From a virus (lineage: Duplodnaviria > Heunggongvirae > Uroviricota > Caudoviricetes), in the IMG/VR virus record IMGVR_UViG_2547132254_000004, positions 1 through 44,342 of that record: 44,342 bases of DNA; one strand, given 5' to 3'. Shown here in pieces: positions 39,664 to 44,342 of this stretch (its first letter is position 1; every line of letters starts with the position of its first letter). The notes below the pieces were generated by a model that was given only the letters and a program-made list of their open reading frames with translations, was not told the origin of the DNA and searched no databases. The translations under genes were made by a program, and so were the position numbers.

Positions 39664-40036
39664 TGCTTTGCAGCCAGCTGGTACCGCAGGAATTTGCTTT
39701 TGAAGCGTTAATGCATGATGCAACAGAAGCGTATTGCCAGGACATCCCGGCTCCACTGAAACGCCTTCTTCCTGACTATAAACGGATGGAAGAAAAAATA
39801 GACGCCGTAATCCGTGAGAAATACGGGTTACCCCCGGTTATGAGTACACCCGTGAAATATGCCGATCTCATCATGCTGGCAACCGAACGCCGCGATCTCG
39901 GGCTTGATGATGGCTCTTTCTGGCCTGTGCTGGAAGGTATCCCGGCAACAGAGATGTTCAACGTGATTCCACTGGCTCCAGGCCATGCCTACGGGATGTT
40001 TATGGAACGCTTTAACGAATTATCGGAGTTACGCAA

Positions 40037-40399
40037 ATGCGCATAAATGTTTTCGAAATGGAAGGGTTTCTTCGCGGGAAATGTGTACCGCAAGATCTGA
40101 AAGTGAACGAAACAAATGCTGAGTACCTGGTACGTAAATTCGACGCGCTTGAAGCTAAATGTGCGGCACTGGAAAGCAAAATAATACCAGTGTCAGCTGA
40201 ACTGCCACCAGCAAATGAAAGTGTTCTGTTATTTGATGCTAACGGAGAAGGCTGGCTGATTGGCTGGCGTTCTCTCTGGTACACCTGGGGACAAAAAGAA
40301 ACCGGAGAATGGCAGTGGACATTTCAGGTCGGGGACCTTGAAAACGTCAATATCACTCACTGGGCAGTAATGCCGAAAGCACCAGAGACTAAGAAATGA
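40037..40399 (+). CDS. yfdS: YfdS-like prophage protein
   Basis: 120 aa with ATG start and GGAG RBS, immediately after the yfdR-like gene. Confidence 0.45.
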   Translation: MRINVFEMEGFLRGKCVPQDLKVNETNAEYLVRKFDALEAKCAALESKIIPVSAELPPANESVLLFDANGEGWLIGWRSLWYTWGQKETGEWQWTFQVGDLENVNITHWAVMPKAPETKK

Positions 40400-40611
40400 G
40401 CGTGATAAAAACTCATACAGGAATTGTTATCACCCGAGACGGTGAAAAGCGGATGAAATTACATTCCACTGAAACGTCCTGGGTTGCCGGACGTTGTGAA
40501 TCCTACGACAAAAAGACTGGTTACCGTTGGGGGGCACCTAACATGCGTCGCCGTCTGCTACTGGACAGCATCAGGCCAATAAAACAGGTAGCAACCAGGG
40601 AACAAAATTAA
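40396..40611 (+). CDS. Small hypothetical protein (YfdT-position)
   Basis: 71 aa overlapping the upstream stop by 4 nt. Confidence 0.35.
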   Translation: MSVIKTHTGIVITRDGEKRMKLHSTETSWVAGRCESYDKKTGYRWGAPNMRRRLLLDSIRPIKQVATREQN

Positions 40612-40658
40612 TTATCAGGACTGGAATTTGATATTACTGCCCGTGTGCAGCGGGCTAA

Positions 40659-40877
40659 GTGGAGAAACATATGCTGAACCTCGATTGTGTTCCAATCTCA
40701 ACTTATTGCAAAGAAACTGGCGAAACTCCTGAAGCAATAAACAAACGTGTACAGCGCGGTGTTTGGCGTGAAGGTGTTCAGGTTTTAAAGGTTGAAGGCG
40801 TTAAGGAGAGGTGGATTGATCTTAGTGAGGTTGCAAAATGGGCCAGACAAAACTGCTCAAACTACCGCGCGGCGTAA
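40659..40877 (+). CDS. Excisionase-like protein
   Basis: 72 aa immediately upstream of and overlapping the integrase start. Confidence 0.5.
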   Translation: MEKHMLNLDCVPISTYCKETGETPEAINKRVQRGVWREGVQVLKVEGVKERWIDLSEVAKWARQNCSNYRAA

Positions 40878-42010
40878 CAATCAGGAAACACCGCCTGGGC
40901 GAAACGATCAATATAACTTTCACCTATAAAGGAGTTAAATGTCGTGAGCCTCTTTCCAATCTGGAAGTAATACCAAAGAACATAAAATACGCCGAGCGCA
41001 CACTCGGCGAAATTCATAATAAGATCGAAAGGGGAACATTCATTTATGCGGAATATTTTCCCCGTTCTGCTCGTTTGAAAATTTTTGGTAATGCTGCTGC
41101 AGGCAAAACGGTAAAAATGTACCTGGACGAATACCTTGAAATCTGCGAAACGAGAAAACTTTCACCCTCTACGATTGGTGGTTATAAAAAATGCCGTAGT
41201 GCGTTAGCCTCACTCCACATTTGCCCTGCAAGTGAATTAACACCAGCAATCCTGAAAGCGTGGATTCAAAGCCAGAAAACGACCTTAAAAACAATTCGCA
41301 ACCAGTTATCTTTCCTGCGGTCAGCACTTGATGAAGCCGTAACCGATGGGGTACTTCAAATTAACCCCGTATCGTTGGTAACTGCTTCGCGCTACCAAAG
41401 TGATAAGTCAGAAGCAGAAAGCAGCTACGTGGTTGATCCGCTATCACCAGCAGAAGTTGATGCATTACTAGCAGCAGCCGGAAACAAACAATGGGAAAAT
41501 CTGTTCCGGTTCGCTATACATACAGGCCTGCGTAGTTCTGAATTATGTGCCCTTCGATGGCGTGATATCGACTTTGTTGGAAAAACTGCCCATGTCCAGA
41601 GCGCAAGTGTTGTCGGTGTTATCAAAGGGACAAAGACAAAAGCAGGTACTCGGAAAGTTGAACTGACAGAAGAGGCAATGTTGGCGCTGATAAATCAGAA
41701 GCCATTTACATTCATGAAGGATGCTACTGTCTTTGAAGATCCAAAGACCAATAAGCCTTGGGCAAGTGCTGATGCAATTAGGAAAAAAGCATGGGTGCCA
41801 ACATTGCGAAAAGCAGGTATTCGTTACAGAAACCCATATCAAACCAGGCATACATTCGCCACCAGCCATATCAGCCGAGGAGCAAACCTGTTTTGGCTTG
41901 CAGCTCAAATGGGGCATAAAGGGCCGGAGATGCTTTTCAGGCACTATGGTTCGTATCTTAAAGAGTATGATAACTTTACATCGATAAATCATTTGCATAA
42001 TCATAATTAA
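40838..42010 (+). CDS. Tyrosine integrase (lambda Int family) of the lambdoid prophage
   Basis: 390 aa with ATG start; C-terminal catalytic region with RHTFATSHISRGANLFWLAAQMGHK...LFRHY; reads toward the ssrA-derived attachment core. Confidence 0.85.
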   Translation: MGQTKLLKLPRGVTIRKHRLGETINITFTYKGVKCREPLSNLEVIPKNIKYAERTLGEIHNKIERGTFIYAEYFPRSARLKIFGNAAAGKTVKMYLDEYLEICETRKLSPSTIGGYKKCRSALASLHICPASELTPAILKAWIQSQKTTLKTIRNQLSFLRSALDEAVTDGVLQINPVSLVTASRYQSDKSEAESSYVVDPLSPAEVDALLAAAGNKQWENLFRFAIHTGLRSSELCALRWRDIDFVGKTAHVQSASVVGVIKGTKTKAGTRKVELTEEAMLALINQKPFTFMKDATVFEDPKTNKPWASADAIRKKAWVPTLRKAGIRYRNPYQTRHTFATSHISRGANLFWLAAQMGHKGPEMLFRHYGSYLKEYDNFTSINHLHNHN

Positions 42011-42020
42011 TATTTAATAA

Positions 42021-42047
42021 TCCCCGCATTTTTAAAATCGGGGATTT
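42021..42047 (+). terminator. Hairpin after the integrase gene (weak terminator)
   Basis: TCCCCG-N12-CGGGGA followed by TTT. Confidence 0.35.
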
Positions 42048-42051
42048 AAAG

Positions 42052-42348
42052 TTGATTACAATTACATTCGACAAACTAATCACCTACATATCTTCAGTTG
42101 GTACTTTCATTTCAGCAATTGCTGCATTATATGCAATATGGTTAACGATATTTCAAAGAAGGCTCTCTTATAAACCCAATTTAGTGATAGACACTTTAAA
42201 TGTCAAGATGAATGTTAACGATTTCAACGGTTTTCATGTTGATATCTTACAAGCCCCTACGCTTCCACAAACAAAATTTTCAAACATAGGATTGGGGGCG
42301 GCAATTTCACTTAGATATCATTGGGATTTTAATTATAAAAAAACATAA
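42052..42348 (+). CDS. Hypothetical membrane protein (AT-rich cargo between int and att), possible 5' part of a frameshifted gene
   Basis: 98 aa from TTG; N-terminal TM helix YISSVGTFISAIAALYAIWLTIF; ends at an A7 run. Confidence 0.4.
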   Translation: MITITFDKLITYISSVGTFISAIAALYAIWLTIFQRRLSYKPNLVIDTLNVKMNVNDFNGFHVDILQAPTLPQTKFSNIGLGAAISLRYHWDFNYKKT

Positions 42349-42362
42349 ATCTATACTTAGAG

Positions 42363-42830
42363 TTGTTTTCGAAAAAATTCAAAAAAGAAGATAAATCTTT
42401 TACAACCGACTCCCAGTATGGAATGTTCAAAATAATAAAAGAAAGAAAAGTATATATGTACAATACTTTATCGACACCTTACGATATTGATTTTTCGTTA
42501 CCATATAGTATAGATAAGAAGTCAAAAAACATTTTTGTACCAACCGCGGCAATTGATATTCTATTGAATATAGCATATCTTTCACATAGACTTAAATTAG
42601 TCGGTTCTTCATCATTCACTGGTCCAAAATTAATTATTGAATATCAAGATATAGAGGGTAAAACTAAAAAAGTCACTTGGCAAACAAAATTGGAACGTGG
42701 AGTGGCACGTTTCAGTGGTGATAATATGGAGGCAGATTTTGCACTACGGTTTACACCTGTACCAGAGAAATGGACTACAAAAGGTCTAGAGAAGATACGC
42801 AAAAGCGCCGCAAACGCCATGTTCAGATAA
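42363..42830 (+). CDS. Hypothetical protein, possible 3' part of the same frameshifted gene
   Basis: 155 aa from TTG; frame is open from 42339; one extra A in the A7 run at 42337-42343 would fuse it to the upstream ORF. Confidence 0.4.
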   Translation: MFSKKFKKEDKSFTTDSQYGMFKIIKERKVYMYNTLSTPYDIDFSLPYSIDKKSKNIFVPTAAIDILLNIAYLSHRLKLVGSSSFTGPKLIIEYQDIEGKTKKVTWQTKLERGVARFSGDNMEADFALRFTPVPEKWTTKGLEKIRKSAANAMFR

Positions 42831-42867
42831 ATATATAATTAAAACAACAGGTTAATATTTTTCAGAC

Positions 42868-42895
42868 ACGGGTTCAACTCCCGCCAGCTCCACCA
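42868..42895 (+). other. ssrA: Prophage attachment core: 3'-terminal ~28 nt of ssrA (tmRNA) ending CCA
   Basis: ACGGGTTCAACTCCCGCCAGCTCCACCA matches the E. coli tmRNA 3' end as I recall it; sequence to the left is phage cargo, not the tmRNA body. Confidence 0.65.
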
Positions 42896-42942
42896 AAATT
42901 CTCCATCGGTGATTACCAGAGTCATCCGATGAAGTCCTAAGA

Positions 42943-42975
42943 GCCCGCACGGCGCAAGCCCTGCGGGCTTTTTTG
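42943..42975 (+). terminator. Rho-independent terminator (native ssrA terminator)
   Basis: GCCCGCA-N12-TGCGGGC followed by TTTTTT. Confidence 0.6.
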
Positions 42976-43028
42976 TGCCCTCAATTTGTCCCGCGAAGTC
43001 CGAAGAAAACTAATTAAATCCGATCCTT

Positions 43029-43082
43029 TTAGGCACCTTGTTAGGCACCTCATAAAGCTTTATTGTTTTTTGAGGTGCCTAA
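43029..43082. repeat. Three copies of TTAGGCACC (two direct, one inverted) upstream of the intA-like gene
   Basis: 43029-43037, 43041-43049 direct; 43074-43082 inverted (GGTGCCTAA); possible integrase arm-type or regulator binding sites. Confidence 0.4.
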
Positions 43083-43100
43083 AACTATGGAAACCCGGCA

Positions 43101-44342
43101 ATGGCAAGACAAACCAAACCTCTATCCGTTAAAGAAATAGAATCAGCCAAACCCAAGGAGGCGGACTACGTTCTCTATGATGGCGATGGCCTTGAGCTAC
43201 TCATTAAATCCAGCGGGAGTAAAATCTGGCAGTTTCGCTACATTCGCCCTGTCACCAAGAAACGAGCAAAGAAGAGCATAGGCTCCTACCCGTCAGTTAC
43301 CCTTGCCGATGCCAGAAACTACCGTGCAGAGTCCCGCTCACTACTGGCTAAACAGATCGATCCGCAGGAACATCAGCAAGAACAATTGCGCAGTTCGCTG
43401 GAAGCCAAAACCAACACTTTCCAACTCGTAGCTGAACGTTGGTGGAATGTGAAGAAAGCCAGTGTGACAGAGGACTATGCGGAAGATATCTGGCGCTCTC
43501 TTGAAAGAGACGTCTTTCCTGCGATTGGCGACGTTAGCGTTACAGATATTAAAGCTCATACACTGGTTCAGGCCGTACAACCGGTTCAGGCCAGAGGAGC
43601 ACTGGAAACTGTTCGTCGCCTGTGCCAACGTATTAATGAGGTCATGATCTATGCCCAGAACACAGGGCTGATTGATGCTGTTCCCAGCGTTAATATCGGT
43701 AAAGCCTTCGAGAAGCCTCAGAAAAAGAACATGCCCAGCATTCGACCGGATCAGCTACCTCAGTTAATGCAGACGATGCGAACAGCCAGCATTAGCCTTT
43801 CCACACGCTGCCTGTTCATGTGGCAACTTCTTACTATTACCCGCCCTGCCGAAGCGGCTGAAGCTCTCTGGGAAGAGGTAGACATAGAAGCGCGAGAGTG
43901 GAAGATTCCTGCAGCACGCATGAAAATGAACCGCGACCATACTGTTCCATTGTCAGATGAAGCAATTGCGATACTAGAGATGATGAAGCCGTTAAGTGGA
44001 AATCGAGAATTTATCTTTCCCAGCCGCATCAAGCCAAACCAGCCGATGAACAGTCAGACCGTAAACGCATCGCTAAAACGCGCAGGTTTTGGTGGGGTGC
44101 TCGTTTCACACGGCCTGCGATCTATCGCCAGTACAGCCCTTAATGAGCAGGGATTTCCACCTGATGTTATTGAGGCTGCACTTGCTCATGTGGATAAGAA
44201 TGAGGTTCGTCGTGCGTATAACCGTAGTGATTATCTTGAGCAGCGACGGCCTATGATGCAGTGGTGGGCTGATTTTGTGATGGCTGCAGATCACGGTAGT
44301 ATGATTGAAGGAGGGATAAAGGCAATGCGGTTAGTTGGATGA
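43101..44342 (+). CDS. intA: P4-family tyrosine integrase, CP4-57 IntA-like
   Basis: 413 aa (MARQTKPL...LYDGDGLELLIKSSGSKIWQFRY...), same length and position relative to ssrA as E. coli K-12 IntA; catalytic HGLRSIASTALNEQG...AHVDKNEVRRAYNRSDY. Confidence 0.85.
   Translation: MARQTKPLSVKEIESAKPKEADYVLYDGDGLELLIKSSGSKIWQFRYIRPVTKKRAKKSIGSYPSVTLADARNYRAESRSLLAKQIDPQEHQQEQLRSSLEAKTNTFQLVAERWWNVKKASVTEDYAEDIWRSLERDVFPAIGDVSVTDIKAHTLVQAVQPVQARGALETVRRLCQRINEVMIYAQNTGLIDAVPSVNIGKAFEKPQKKNMPSIRPDQLPQLMQTMRTASISLSTRCLFMWQLLTITRPAEAAEALWEEVDIEAREWKIPAARMKMNRDHTVPLSDEAIAILEMMKPLSGNREFIFPSRIKPNQPMNSQTVNASLKRAGFGGVLVSHGLRSIASTALNEQGFPPDVIEAALAHVDKNEVRRAYNRSDYLEQRRPMMQWWADFVMAADHGSMIEGGIKAMRLVG

Larger units (their letters stand above)
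38172..40046 (+). pseudogene. yfdR: yfdR-like HD-domain (5'-deoxynucleotidase-type) gene interrupted by IS10
   Basis: 5' part 38172-38334 (MSFIKTF...HFYSVAQHAVLC) and 3' part 39664-40046 (SQLVPQEFAFEALMHDATEAY...) are in frame once the IS and one target-duplication copy are removed (~178 aa). Confidence 0.7.

Noticed and set aside
42868-42895. A tRNA or tmRNA gene
   Set aside because: Only the last ~28 nt of tmRNA are present; it is an attachment-site core, not a functional RNA gene.

Overview
Almost the whole window is one mosaic lambdoid prophage (about 5.7-42.9 kb) integrated at the 3' end of ssrA (tmRNA), directly followed by a CP4-57-type P4-family integrase (intA-like, 43101-44342). 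All calls are by-eye reading of the sequence and ORF track plus recalled family knowledge; no database search or computation was run. Left to right the prophage carries: Mu-like contractile-tail genes on the minus strand (tail fibre and assembly protein, baseplate, DNA-circularisation protein, tape measure, frameshifted chaperone pair, tube, sheath); HK97-type head and packaging genes (capsid, protease, portal, terminase, HNH); a lambda-like lysis cassette (holin, endolysin, Rz/Rz1); late-gene antiterminator Q; RusA; a KilA-N protein; a replication initiator with internal iterons; a cro/cI immunity region with palindromic operators; CPS-53-like early-left genes (yfdP/Q/R/S-like); and xis/int. 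The left flank (1-5.5 kb) holds an intact EcoRII-type restriction-modification pair, a GIY-YIG nuclease-domain protein and an acyltransferase gene broken by two frameshifts; whether this flank is prophage cargo cannot be decided because the left attachment site is outside the window. Several AT-rich insertions interrupt the conserved phage modules and are the best candidates for undescribed accessory functions: (i) a four-ORF cassette antisense between Q and the lysis genes, (ii) a lipoprotein gene with its own terminator inside the tail operon, (iii) a GrlR-like gene after the lysis cassette, (iv) a membrane-protein ORF pair between int and the attachment site, (v) a ClpX-zinc-finger-like small protein just downstream of cI. 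An IS10 copy with a 9-bp target duplication disrupts the yfdR-like gene.
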